In this document: positions 1 to 13,755 of the stretch, piece after piece
How positions within the stretch are numbered: position 1 is the stretch's first letter
How the letters are laid out: each line of letters starts with the position of its first letter
DNA from: Octopus sinensis
Lineage: Eukaryota
DNA: 64,000 nt
Direction of reading: 5' to 3'
Assembly: GCF_006345805.1 (NCBI RefSeq)
Contig: NC_043003.1
Coordinates: forward strand, 22,568,001-22,632,000
The notes under the pieces: model-generated
What the model was told of the DNA's origin: nothing
What the model saw: only the letters and a program-made list of their open reading frames with translations
Databases searched by the model: none
Translations under genes and position numbers: made by a program

Positions 1-539
1 GTAATAGTAGTAGCAGTTGGCTCTTATTATTGCCATCTGCTTTCCAGCAAATGCAATGCACTACACACACACATGCGCACGCACACACACAAGCACATAT
101 ATTTGCTATATATTTCTTTGTATGCTTCCTAAACATCTTTATATCCGTAAAGAAGAATCACGGTAACAGATATTCTTGGTATAAAGATCGCAAGTATAAG
201 AATGCAAATGAGAAGCTAACACTCACACATGCATACAGGCACACTAACACATATGTACATATATACACTAACACATATGTACATATATACACACACAAAC
301 AAAAAATATCAAGTTATGTATAACTTTTCAATCAATGATACTAAAAGTATTAGTTGTTTGTTTTTAAAATTTCATGACTATGTTGCCATAGTGATATGGA
401 AGGCTTTTTTTCTGATATAGTCTTTTATTACAGTGAAGCAATACCTACAAACATACATATATACATAATACATACGTACATATATATATGCTATATGTAT
501 GTGTGTGTATGTATATATATATATATATATTATATATAA

Positions 540-580
<41 letters not shown>

Positions 581-649
581 TATATATATATATCTATATA
601 TATATTATATATATATATATATATATTATATATATTAATATATAAATAT

Positions 650-903
650 GTGAAGGTGTGTTGCGTAGTGGTTAGGCTGTTGCACTCAAGATTGTTAGAT
701 CATGGGTTCAGTTCTCTGACTGGGCAGCACATTGTGTTCTTGAGCAAAATCACTTCGTTTCATGTTGCTCCAGTGCTCCTTTTGATCAGTGGGAATTGTT
801 GGCTTGGGGTGGTGGGGTGGTGTCGTTTGAAGGCTAAAACAACACAAAAGTTCATTGCGACCAGCAATGTGTAACAATATCTGATACCCTGGTCAGTCAC
901 GTG

Positions 904-906
<3 letters not shown>
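650..906 (+). mobile_element. tRNA-derived SINE, family B
   Basis: tRNA-like head (GCGTAGTGGTTAGG ... GGGTTCAGTTC); a homologous near full-length copy lies inverted at 59236-59479 and a partial one at about 24686-24860. Confidence 0.75.
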
Positions 907-944
<38 letters not shown>

Positions 945-1057
945 TATATATATGTATCTGCATATGTATATTGTATGTATTATATATTATATACATATAT
1001 ATGTGTATATAGATATATTTTTTTTTCCAAGTAAGCTTTATATATATATATAATATA

Positions 1058-1090
<33 letters not shown>

Positions 1091-1171
1091 AATATATATT
1101 ATTTAAAGCTGATTGCTGCTGCTTTTAAGGTAACCATACAATGATGAAGTGACAAGGCAGCATTGTTCTTG

Positions 1172-1330
1172 TTTTTTAACCCTAGGTCAGCTTTGACAGG
1201 AACAAATCTATGGAAGGAATTCCAACAGCTGTGACCATTGAATCATTTTTCATACATTTAGAATTTCCTTGTTTAAGGTGTCTTTATATTTTTAAGATGG
1301 TAGAATGCCATTTTTATTTCGATAGCTCAG
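1172..1330. repeat. Interspersed repeat fragment (TAACCCYAGGTCA...ATTCCA...TGACCAT family)
   Basis: Similar sequence at about 14420-14480, 56650-56830, 61432-61580 and, inverted, at about 24040-24085. Confidence 0.55.
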
Positions 1331-2200
1331 AATCTATGTCCAGCAGCTGAACAACTGCCTTGTAGATACTTTCCACTTCAATGGTCCAGTCTGGCAAAAA
1401 TGGTCAAACAGAATTATGATAGTAAGGCCTTTGAATTGGTCAAACCATGCTGGGAATAATTCAACACTTTAACATATAAGCCTTTGTGTTTCTATCAATG
1501 CAAAAACATTTATATATTTATTTATTTTTCTATTGGTTGGGTGTTATGGTGTATGTTTGAATGGGGAAAGACCAAGGTGTGATAAAATTAAAACCAAGAA
1601 AACAGTGCATCCCATGAGATCCTACCATAGCCTAACAATGGTGGAGGGTTCCTTAGTTACTTGCAGATCGATGAAAATTGATCTGCATTCTATATAAAGA
1701 TATCTATATTCTACATATGTAAATGTGTGTTTGTGTTTGTGCGTGTACATATATAAATACATAAATAAATATACACACATATATATATATATGTACGTGT
1801 GTGTATATATATATATATATATAAACACACACTCATAAATATATACATACAAACATGTGCACAAATATGTACATGTGTTTGTGTATATATATTTTGTAAA
1901 TGATGTGAGTTGTTTTTGTTAATGTAAATATATATATGAGTGTATGCATATGCCTATGTGTAATGTATCTGCATTTGTTATTGGGTTTCTGTAATATATA
2001 TATATGTATGTATATATATTTTAGGTGTGTCTTTGTATGTATATATATTATATATTTATATATGATATATATGTGTATATATCTATATCCTACTCATAGC
2101 TGGATGCATCTGTAACTTGCAAGAGATTCTGAATACTTTCCCCTGATATGTATACTAGATCTATATATAAAGTATGTATACATCTATATAAATATACACA

Positions 2201-2240
<40 letters not shown>

Positions 2241-2803
2241 TATGTATATATATATATATATGTGTATATATGCATAATCTAACTAAAAATTATGAAGTGT
2301 GTGTTTTCTAGAAGCCAAATAAGTTTTCTGATTCATTTCTGTCGAGATAGAAAGGTCTAATGGAAATTCATATCAAATGCATCACACATGCACAATGCAT
2401 ATAAATATTTGCCAGTTCGTGCTCACACAGACAAGCACATAGGTGCACACACCACCATACACATTTATGCATAAATATAAATTAAGGTAGCACCGAAATG
2501 ATCATAATTACCACCACCATCATCATCATCATCATCACCATCACCATCATCACCATCATCATTATCAAAGAGTCACTGGTTAATATTTAATTATTTTGTT
2601 GATTTGTAAATTTCTATTCTTAGAGGTGTTTATATTAGCTATTCATGTATATTACTCTTTTCTACAAACGTATTTTCACATGCAATTGGTTATATATGCA
2701 TCTATATCTACATCTACATCTATATCTATATCTATATTTATATGTGCAAAATAATGAATTTAATAATAAATATTTCCCGTACTGAACACACACATATGCA
2801 CAA

Positions 2804-2834
<31 letters not shown>

Positions 2835-3040
2835 TACATTTGAGAGTTAGAGAGAAAATACAACATTCAAAAATTATGTAATGTGATATTCTGTACATAC
2901 ATATATAGATATTTATATATGCATGTATATGCATACATATATATTCATATATATATATGTATATATGTATTTTAATATATATATATATATATAATATATA
3001 TATATATATATAACAATCTCCCCCTCTCTCTTTCTGTATT

Positions 3041-3075
<35 letters not shown>

Positions 3076-3984
3076 GAGAGAGAGAGAGAGAGAAAGAAAG
3101 AGAGCGAGAGAAAGAGAGAGGGGTGATGGTAGAGAAAGATTGTTACATATATGCAAAGAAAAATGTGGTAGGAGAAATGTTTGAAGATTGATAAAAAAAA
3201 TGGCATGATAGATTGCTGGATAGATATCCCATAGTATAGAAAATTTCCATTAAAACAACATAAAGAAATGGACTCACATACACAAAAAAACACACACACA
3301 TACACACAACTTGCATATTCTTAAATGTACATACAAATAAAGATTAGAACTACATATCCATATTTACCCATTCACACGCATATGTTTTTTCTCTTACTTA
3401 GACAAACATCAGAAATTACACACACACACCCACATTACATAATATCTACACATCATGCATATATTTATACAATACATATATACATAGATATTACTCTAAA
3501 GGTTAGTAGGGCTACTATTTATTTCATCAAAAGGTCACTGAAATTGAATAATATGAAACGATCATTTTATCGTCACCTTCATGCCACCAATTTTAATTTT
3601 TGCTATAAAATTAGTTGATGGATGTTTAGGCTGCAATCATGCTGGTCACAGGATTCCCACACACCTACTCTAGCGTAAATATTTGAAAAATAACTCTCCC
3701 AAATTCTCAGATGTTAGTAAATTTTAAGCAATGCAGAAAACTTTTAGTCTATGGTAATTGTGACACCATACGTAACTACACATAATGTCTTTTGCAAGTA
3801 TTTCTATTAACATTTTATGAAGTTTCTTGTCAGATACATATCAGATTCCTGATATATTTGAAGTATGTAGCCATAATGCAGCTATGTAGTTTACATAATA
3901 ATTTCTTCAAATTGGTTTCAGCTGGGGTTATTTAAAAAAAAAACCAAACGTTTCTTGTTGTTACTGAAATCAATGTTACTCCTC

Positions 3985-4232
3985 CTCTATTTCCCAATCA
4001 CCCTTCTCCTCAACTCCTCCTCCTCGTCCTCCTCGTCCTCCTCCTCCTCCATTCCTCCTCTTCCTCTCCCCACCCTCTTCTTCGTCTCTGCCTTCCCTAG
4101 TGCTCCCCCACCCATTGTCATCATTGATGTTGTCACCATACTCCCGTCCCCCATCCTCCTCCTCCTCCTCCTCCTCTTCTTCTTCCTCCTCCCCCTCCTC
4201 CTCCTCCTCATCATCATCATTATTATCACCAT
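3985..4232. repeat. (CCT)n/(CAT)n low-complexity tract
   Basis: Direct reading; it explains the poly-Ser/Leu/Arg/Glu ORFs at 3955-4266. Confidence 0.9.
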
Positions 4233-4504
4233 TGTTTTTGTATCAATTTTGTTGTGTCCTGGCTGACATTTGAAACTTTACATTTTATAATCTACATATA
4301 AACATGTGTGTGACATTATACAAGATATGATAATAACGATAATAATGCTAATAATGACAACAACAACAAAAACATGTCTGAAAGCCTAATCAATGAGCCC
4401 TTACTTCTATAGGACACAAATATATTAATTCTTGCATCAAGTTTGTATGAAGGGATCTGTTGTATAGAGTTTGAACTGGGAGATGCTGATTAAGTTATCT
4501 ACAA

Positions 4505-4860
4505 AAATATATATATATATATATAATATATATATATATAATATATATATAATATATGTATATATGTATATATATATACATATACAGAGATGTATCACAT
4601 ATATATATATGTGTATATATATGTATATGTATATATGTATATAAATATATATACACATGCATATGTATATATACAAATATGCATATACATACATACAAAT
4701 ATGCATATATATATATGTATATATATATATATACACACATATGTATATATATGTATAAACATATATGTATATATATATATATGTATATATATTTATACAT
4801 ACATACATATATATATATGTGTGTGTGTGTATGTATATATGTATATGTGTATGTGTCTAT
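4505..4860. repeat. Compound (TA)n/(TG)n microsatellite
   Basis: Direct reading. Similar tracts lie at 470-645, 5640-5900, 7090-7610, 8160-8470, 11005-11335, 15730-15980, 20935-21075, 22905-23170, 34410-34760 and 61705-61985. Confidence 0.95.
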
Positions 4861-5135
4861 ACCTTTGTATGTGTGAGCAATATATATTTTCTTTTCAAAT
4901 CATTGAAGTGTATTGTTAAATAAACAAGATTGTCTGACATTGTGGGTTGGATATGTAATCACTCTTTCTATTGAACATTAAAAAAAACAGAGAAAGACAT
5001 GCACAAACACACACACACACACACACACACCACACACACACACATTAACATAGTTATGTATGTATATGCACATGTATGTATCTTCCTATCAATCTACCTA
5101 TGAATATATGCATGTATACACACATACACACATAC

Positions 5136-5171
<36 letters not shown>

Positions 5172-5681
5172 GTGTGTATAAATTTGAAGCTGCTTGATTT
5201 ATCCTTTTGTCATTCTTCTAGTTTCTATATCCGATAACTGTCTGAACGTACAAATTAGTAATGAATCCCATTTTTATAATGACCTTGTCAAGTGATAGAC
5301 TAAAACCATCATTTTTACCATTTCTTATATTTTCATTTGTAATGGAAAATCCTTCTTTTCAGAAACATATCAACTCTATCTATTTATAGATGGAATCAGG
5401 CAAGCTGTTCTATTTATTTATTCATACAGATCAAGATGAAATGACTACTAGATTTCCCTATATAATCAATATTATATAATTAGTGTTACATAATAATTGG
5501 CATATTCATGTTTTCCAAATTGTTAAATGATTTATTAATCATATGCTGTTGAAACAGCTGTAACCAAAGAAGAATTTCAATTCCTGTACCTTTCATCAGT
5601 CAATTTTAATCACCTTCATCTCTTCAGTGTGTGTATGAGTACATATACATGCATGCATACATACATACATACATACATACA

Positions 5682-5763
<82 letters not shown>

Positions 5764-6067
5764 AAAATCAATTTACATATGCATATACATATGTATGTAT
5801 GCATATATGTATGTATGTATGTATGTTGTATGTATGTATGTATTATGTATGTATGTATGTATGTATGTATATATGTGTGTGTATATAATTATATGTGTGC
5901 ATATATATTCATCTATAGAATGCAAACTAACAAAATAGCAGAAATTTTAAGTACAATATATAATGTATGCCTTGTTTATTATAAATATTCAATTTTGTGT
6001 TTTCACTTGGTTTGAATGATCCATATTTGCAAATAAAAAAAATCACATATAGTTCTATAATATGCAT

Positions 6068-6235
6068 AAGAGTCTGTGTGGTAAGAAGCTTGCTTCCCAA
6101 CCACGTGACTCTGGATTCAGTCCCACTCCATGACACCTTGGGGAAGTATCTTCTACTATAGCATCAGGCTGACCAAAGCCTTGTGAGCGGATTTGGTAAA
6201 TGGAAACTTAAAGAAGTCCATCATATATATGTATA
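6068..6235 (+). mobile_element. tRNA-derived SINE, family C
   Basis: CTGTGTGGTAAGAAGCTTGCTTCCCAACCAC...GGATTCAGTCCCACT head. Other copies: 24360-24522(-), 31415-31512(-), 35228-35500(+), 43128-43290(-), 50903-51003(-), 63310-63409(-), 63757-63858(-). Confidence 0.85.
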
Positions 6236-6452
6236 TATGGATTTATTTGTGTATCTATCTACATATATGAATTCATTCTGTATACATCCAACAGTAAAGA
6301 GATGGCTAGATATATCCATATATCTAGCTGTCCTTACATAAACACACATAAGCAAATCAGATTATATGTTTGTATACACGGACAGAGAAAAAAATATATA
6401 TATGTGTGTGTGTATACATATATATAGATATATGCATGTATATATATGTTTG

Positions 6453-6494
<42 letters not shown>

Positions 6495-7198
6495 GTATAT
6501 ATATATACTCATATATATCATATATATATATATATAATATATATATACTCATATATTATAATATATACAGAATATATATAATATATATAATATATATATA
6601 TAATATATATATAATATACTAGTATATAGATTGATAGCTAGATAGTTAGATAAAAGTGTCGATAATATATGGAGAAACAAGATAGAGAGAGTAGAGGGAG
6701 AGAGATGGAGATAAAGAGAGACAGAGAAGGGGAGAGGGAACAAAGAGAGAAAGAGGGGTAATGAAGGACAATGGAACAAAATTATGCAATAGAGTGAAAG
6801 ATTTTCAATAACATAATAAAATATACATGTTGTGTATACATGTCCAAATACATATTTTATATGTATGTAAATGTATGTATGTATGTGTGTGTGTGTGTAT
6901 GTATGTGGGACTTGCTCCCTATACAATTATTTACATAATTTAATACATACCCCTGCATCAAACAAAAGAATATTTATTACTCAATGAAGTGAACTATTTT
7001 ATGAAATGCAGTTTAGTATATGTGTATATATGTAAATGTTAAGGATATAACATGTAGCATATACACACACATGAGCTTGCTTATAATATACAGCTATATA
7101 CATACATGCAATTATATTTACATAGATGCATGTACGTATACATGCATGTGTATATATAAACTATATATACATGTGTGTGTGTGTGTATGTGTGTGTAA

Positions 7199-7260
<62 letters not shown>

Positions 7261-7383
7261 GTTGTGTGTGTGTGTATGTATTATGTAATATGTAATATAC
7301 ATCTAAATGTATATGCATTTGTATTTACTTATATTTCTGTATACATACATATATATATATACATATATTCATGTATAGATATA

Positions 7384-7424
<41 letters not shown>

Positions 7425-8420
7425 TTATTTATCCAAATATATGTTTATGTTTATATATATACATACACACACACACAGATATATATATATATTTATATAT
7501 AGGCATACATATATATACATATATGCATACATGCATACATATATGCATGTACACACTCACACATACATATATATATATACTGATGCAGCTATATACATAT
7601 ACATACATAATTGATTTCCATATATGGAGACAATGGCAAGAGCTCATATTTCAAAGTTAACACATGAAACAATTTTCCCTCTTTGTGGCTGAAATTATAT
7701 TTTTCAGATTTTATATTTTTCTTTCTTTTTTCTCAAAAATACAAAAGAAAAGAATATATATTTAATAGCAATAACAAAATCAATGTCTCCAACAACAACA
7801 AGAATAAAACACATAGTAGAAACTACATAAGCTGAAAAAAAAAACAATACATAATACAATTGCAAATTTTAAAAAATAACTTGGATTATATACAGGAGAG
7901 ATGAATGATATTGAATGATTAAGAGAGAGGCAGTAAGTGAGAGACAGTGAAGGATTGGTGAGAGAGAGAATGAGTATGAGAGTATGAGGAGAGAGAGAGA
8001 GGGAGAGATAGAGAAAAGGAGAAAATAAGGGAGAGAGATAGAGGGAAATAAATTTAGATAATTAAGTAATACAATACTGTAATTTTATTATTGTGAACCA
8101 CTGAAACATCATATCATATAGATACTCACAAATGGATGAATGTGCAAACATTGTCAATGTGTGTGTGTGTGTGTATATATGCATATATATCCATATATAT
8201 GCATATGTATAATATATATATGTATATGTGTTTACATACATATATATGATATATATATATGCATATATATCCATATATATGCATATATATAATATATATA
8301 TATATGTATATGTATTTACATACATATATATACATATTATATATACATATACATATATATATATATATACATACCTAATATATATAAGTACATATACACA
8401 TATGCACATATAACTAACAG

Positions 8421-8471
<51 letters not shown>

Positions 8472-9142
8472 TATACAACTATCCACAAGTATGTGTGTGT
8501 GTTTACAACTATGTATAATACGATATCTCGCAGTAATTCTCTCTGGTTAATTTAATCACGCATCACCCAGAAACTACGATTTTGCTCTCTCTCTCTCTCA
8601 CTTTCTCTTTCAAGCTGTGCACAAAAGGAATACTCACTCTTTTGATTTTCTTAAAAGACCTTTCTTCTGATATATAGCACTAAAAATAATATTATCAATA
8701 ACAACAACAGTAATATATGAAGTTGATGAAAAGAAAGACTAACACTAACAAGTACGGTACATTGACTTTACAGTTTTCTCCTTTGTAAATCTAATGGATT
8801 AAATTATAAGATCAAAGACGTTTATTTAGTGTTAATTTCATGTTTGAGCTCTTGTTAAGTGTTTGACATTACAACAGTTTTAATGTTTAATAGTTTCATC
8901 AGTTCTTGTTATCATTATTGTTTTATTAACTCTCACACATACACAATAAATATATCTGTATGTAAATATATATATATTTATATAACGTATATATCTTATA
9001 TATATATGTATATAATGTTATATATAGATTTATGTATATGTATTTATATATGTATTATATGTGTGTGTGCAACTATACATAATTAAAATAATGCATATTA
9101 TATACATATATATGTATATATATTATATATTATAATAATAAC

Positions 9143-9530
9143 AGTAGGGAATATAAATTTCAGTTAACTGGAAATCTTCAATAAGATAAATTGTTATTTC
9201 ATTTTTCATTAACATTGTTGTATTATATTCGATTATTTATTGTTAACATACGTATATTTCTATATATATTTGTTAATTATTATATGCTAAGATACATCAG
9301 TTTTATTATCTTAGACCTGAAGAGTGGCTATATTTTTAAATTGAATTAATTTTAATAGTATCGATTTTATTATTATCTATTTAAAGATATAGTCACGAAA
9401 CGTGCGTAGTCAATTTAATGTTTATTTAATTTAGTGATTTTTTTGATAATATTTATTTTTTCTATATAATATAGATAATATCTTTCACTATTAAATTACT
9501 TAATAGAGGTTATTTCTCTTAATTATATAC
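9143..9530 (+). mobile_element. Probable Penelope-like element terminal-repeat relic carrying a hammerhead motif
   Basis: AT-rich block between (TA)n tracts. Its start AGTAGGGAATATAAATT resembles AGTAGGGAATATAATT at 30188, and it contains the hammerhead at 9314-9411. The PLE assignment is inferred from the known association of minimal hammerheads with PLEs. Confidence 0.5.
9314..9411 (+). ncRNA. Type I minimal hammerhead ribozyme motif
   Basis: Stem I GAC(9314-16)/GTC(9409-11); core CTGAAGA 9317-23; 18-bp stem II 9324-41/9379-96 with two G.U pairs; GAAA 9397-9400; self-complementary stem III ACGTGCGT; GUA cleavage triplet 9406-08. Confidence 0.75.
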
Positions 9531-9898
9531 AGATATTATATATATATATATATATATATACATTTATAACGTACTGTTAAAAGGAATATATACATTTATA
9601 TATATATATGCGCGCGTGTGTGTGTATCTATGTATCTGAGAAAGATTTTCTTAAAAAAATAATGTTATGTTTAACAGAGAAGAAAACCGTTGTGTATACG
9701 CTTTTTGCTGTTTTCAGCTTTTTCAATGTGCTGTTTCCAATAAAGAGCACTTATAGCAAATCTTCATTTATCATGTCTATATTAATCATCTTTTTAATAG
9801 TTGTATTACTATCATTAAAATTTATGAGTTATTTTTCTAAGAACGTTTCTTGATACACACGCACACACACATGATATATATATATATACATACATACA

Positions 9899-10010
9899 GC
9901 ATCAGGAGAGAAGACAAAAAGACAATTTAAACTAGCAAAAAAAAAAATTACTGGATATCGAGTCATTTCTATGCTAGTTTATTTTGTCTTTTTGTCTTCT
10001 CTCTTGGTGT
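9899..10010. repeat. Inverted repeat, 39-bp arms
   Basis: 9899-9937 matches the reverse complement of 9972-10010 at 34/39 positions. Confidence 0.85.
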
Positions 10011-10216
10011 AATATGAACATTTAATGGGGTTTTAGAGTCAGGTTTTGGCTGCCATTTCCAGTGTGGCAGTATCTCTTAGATACCCTAAATTATAATTTT
10101 AATAATAATTATTACCTTTGAAGGTTTTCATTCCCATCCTGGCCACTTGATGAGATCGATATTTAAATTAACGATCTTATCCTTATTTATATAAATTTAT
10201 ATATATATATATATAT

Positions 10217-10446
10217 ATATAAATTTATTGCCCACAAGGGGCAAACATGGAGGAGAAAAACAAGGACAGATAAAGGGATTAAGTCGATTACATCGATCCC
10301 AGTGCATAACTGGTACTTTATTTACCGACCCCGAAAGGATGAAAGGCAAAGTCGACCTCAGCAGAATTTGAACTCAGAACGTAATGCAGACGAAATACGG
10401 CTACGCATTCCGCCCGGCGTGCTAACGTTTCTATCAGCTCGCCGCC

Positions 10447-10449
<3 letters not shown>
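10217..10449 (-). mobile_element. tRNA-derived SINE, family A (well-preserved copy)
   Basis: Minus strand reads TAAGGCGGCGAGCTGATAGAAACGTTAGC...GAGTTCAAATTCTGC (A- and B-box-like) with CpGs retained; dozens of homologues in the window. Confidence 0.9.
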
Positions 10450-10524
<75 letters not shown>

Positions 10525-11033
10525 CATACATACATGCATGTATATGTGTGTGTGCGTTTGTGTACATATACACATACACACACATACACATACATTCAGA
10601 TATATATATACACAGGAGCGTGTGAATGTGTAATTTATTACAATCTGAAAGACAGTAGAGAAACAAATACTACAGTGATTATATTATCTGCAGTAAAATT
10701 ACGGAAACACATAGAATAGAACCAGCCTATGTAAATGCATTGAAATGTTATCATAATAATGTTATTAAAATGTATTGGAGATAGCAGTAAATTGGTGTAT
10801 AGGAGCAGAATTGGTGTTGATAACTGTTATGGTTAGTGGTGGTGGCAATGGTGATAGTAATTGTAGACATTTTGTAAAATGAAATACAAATGAAACTAGT
10901 TCAAATGCTGTAAGAAAACTGGTAATTGTGAATTCAATCCTTCACAAATCTGAAAATGAGAATGAAATTTCTGAAATAGGAGACATAAGACATAGTAAAA
11001 TTATGATATTATATATATATATGTATATATATG

Positions 11034-11167
<134 letters not shown>

Positions 11168-11291
11168 TTTATATATATATATATATATAAATATACATAC
11201 ACATATGTTTATAGATATATATCTGTGTATACATACTCCCCACACAGATATATATATGTAGGTATGTAAATATATGTATATATATAATATA

Positions 11292-11334
<43 letters not shown>

Positions 11335-11727
11335 AATACTCAATACACATACACACACCACATATCTTCATCATCATCACCATCATCTTTATCATCAACA
11401 TACTATGTCCACTTTCATTGCTGGCATGTGTAGGATGGGTTGTAACATATGTAAATGTGTGCATACATACAGAAATATCGTATCCAGTTATATTGTAGCA
11501 TTTTTCTTTATAAACAACTTCATTTGAAAACTTTTCATATTTGAATGGAAATAAAGTAAGATAAAATACATAGTATTCTGTTTATGTAAAAGATATATCT
11601 TAAAACAGAAATATCTTACAAAGGTTGAAAAGAAAATACAAAGACATATCTAAATATTTGTTAAAAATTCTGTAGGCAGCAGTGAATGAAATTATTGATG
11701 TGTAAATAAAGCTGATAGATATTTCCT

Positions 11728-12144
11728 GGATATAAAGTATAAGTGGGTGGTTAACACTATCAACCCCAGTGATAGACTGGTACTATATTTTATTGACCAA
11801 AACACAATGAAAGGGAAAGTTGAGCTGGTTAGAATTTGAACTCAGAACGAAAAGTGTCAGAAGATTTATACAAAAAAAAAATTTGCTAGCTCACTGCTTC
11901 AATAATTACTCTAACAACAACAATATTGACAATGGTTTCAAATTTTGGCACAAGGCCAGCAATTTTGGAGGAGGGAGTAAGTCAAATCGACCCCAGTGCT
12001 CAACTCGTACTTATTTTATTGACCCTGAAAGGATGAAAGACAAAGTCATTCTTGGCAGAGTTTAAACTGAGAATATAATGACAGATGAAATGCCATTAAA
12101 CATTTTGGCTGGTATGTCAACAATTCTGCTAGCTCACCACCTTA
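11728..12144 (-). mobile_element. Two tandem family A SINE copies
   Basis: GAAAGG...GAATTTGAACTCAGAA...AGCTCAC motif repeated, separated by an AAT/AAC spacer. Confidence 0.8.
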
Positions 12145-12190
12145 AACAATAGCAATAATAATAATAATGATGATGATGATAATAATAATA

Positions 12191-12745
12191 AGGCTCTCCT
12201 GGCTTCTGATCTTAACTGATTGGGAGTGTTATCATGTACATTGTTCTGTCTTGGTATAAAAGATGGGCTACAGCAAATATTCTGCTCAATACCACAGATT
12301 TGCTTGTCAGTTGTTTGACTTTAACCAGTTGAGCATGTCCCTTAGTGGCTGACGATATGTGCATCTCTGATCACGAGCAGAAGTAGTGGGGGAGCATCAT
12401 AGCCATGTGTTGAGAGGGATTCTTTGGGGTTTGAATAATTCACCTCTGGAGACATGGGTGGGTTTTTCAACATCCTTAAACAACCCTTATTCAGGGACCG
12501 TTTGAGCGGGATGGGCTACTCAACCTGAAGAAAATTCTAACTGGGCCCCACCTGCAAGGTCATGTGCAGTTTATCTTGATATGAGATCACCATGTCGCGC
12601 ACATTTGGTTGTGATGCATGTGCCTGGTATGCCCTTATCAGACGGGTAGTCATGATGGGTATATTGGGCTTCATATATTTTACCCCAGTGTCACTTTGAT
12701 GGCATGAACTGCTCTCTCACTCAATAATAATAATAATAATAATAA
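12191..12745 (+). mobile_element. 5'-truncated non-LTR retroelement 3' UTR with (AAT)n tail
   Basis: About 530 bp of higher-GC, non-microsatellite sequence bounded by (AAT/GAT)n upstream and ending CTCTCACTC(AAT)n; no ORF. Confidence 0.55.
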
Positions 12746-13544
12746 TCTATATATATATAAAAGTAAGATACTGTCTGTTTGTCCAGCAAACCGAAAATAA
12801 ATGGTTCAGCGGAAGCTATTATGCTTTTTCTATGTATAAAATCGAAATTCTGTCTCCTTCTTTATCCAGCAAAATGAAAGTATCTGGTTCAGGGGAAGCT
12901 ATTATGCTATTGGCTAATTTGTCCCAACAAGAATTATGCAATAATACAGCACTAATTGTGCACAAACTTATGAGGAACTGCATTGAGACAAATATTTTCA
13001 CTGGTTGTGGTAAAGGTAACACTGTCTTCATTCCTCACATACCAGTTATACCATCTAAAGTCCCATTCCAATTTAAGCTGTTACAGTTTCCTATCCCACT
13101 TTCTTTTGTCATGAGCATTAATAAAACTCAGGGCCAAACACTAAAAGTTGCTGGATTGCATCTTTTTGCCTATGCACCCCAAATTAAAACAAATGGACAT
13201 TGTTTATAAAGAAGTATTCACTATTAATGCAACATGAATACTTCAATGACTTAATTTCAAGAATGAGTAAATTACCTATTTGAATGAAGTGTATTATATA
13301 CTTGCCATTACTCTATTCATAGATATAATAACACCTGCAACACACTTATTATTCTCATATAGTAAACAAACACAAGTTCATGTATGAAATTGATCTTTTT
13401 TTCCACTTCAATTATTACATATTTTTCTCTTATAAAATTACATGCATACAGGATGAGTAAATTATATATATAATAATACTTTAAATGTGTCTCCCAAGAA
13501 ACAATAAAAGTAATCACCTGATCAATGATGTGTATTACTACTAG
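12746..13544 (+). mobile_element. Non-autonomous Helitron with PIF1-like helicase C-terminal remnant
   Basis: 5' TC at 12746, 3' CTAG at 13541-44, inserted between A and T with no TSD. ORF 12832-13209 contains ...VFIPHIPVIPSKVPFQFKLLQFPIPLSFVMSINKTQGQTL, matching the Helitron QFPVRLAFAMTINKSQGQ motif. Confidence 0.88.
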
Positions 13545-13545
13545 T

Positions 13546-13755
13546 TCTTTCTAATTCTACAACCAGGAATTTTAAGAGGCGCTGCTGGTTGATTCCATTG
13601 ACCCTAGTACTTGACTGGTACTTTATTTCATCAAACCCTGTAAATATGAAAGGCAATGTCAATGTTGGCGAAATTTGGACTCAGAATCTAAAGAACGAAG
13701 AAATACTCTTAAACATTTTGTCCAACATGGTAATGACTGCCAGCTTGTTGTCTTA
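13546..13755 (-). mobile_element. Family A SINE (diverged)
   Basis: TTGACTGGTAC...ATGAAAGGCAA...GGACTCAGAA motifs. Confidence 0.7.

Noticed and set aside
650-730. tRNA gene (also the heads of SINE families A and C and 49742-49977)
   Set aside because: Only A/B-box-like remnants continuing into SINE bodies; no complete cloverleaf could be built.
9622-9856. MITE with about 28-bp terminal inverted repeats
   Set aside because: The arm match is weak and AT-rich, there is no TSD, and no second copy was seen.
10143-10180. TTGATGA followed by a GATCG/CGATC stem as a hammerhead
   Set aside because: No GAAA after the stem and no stem I or III.
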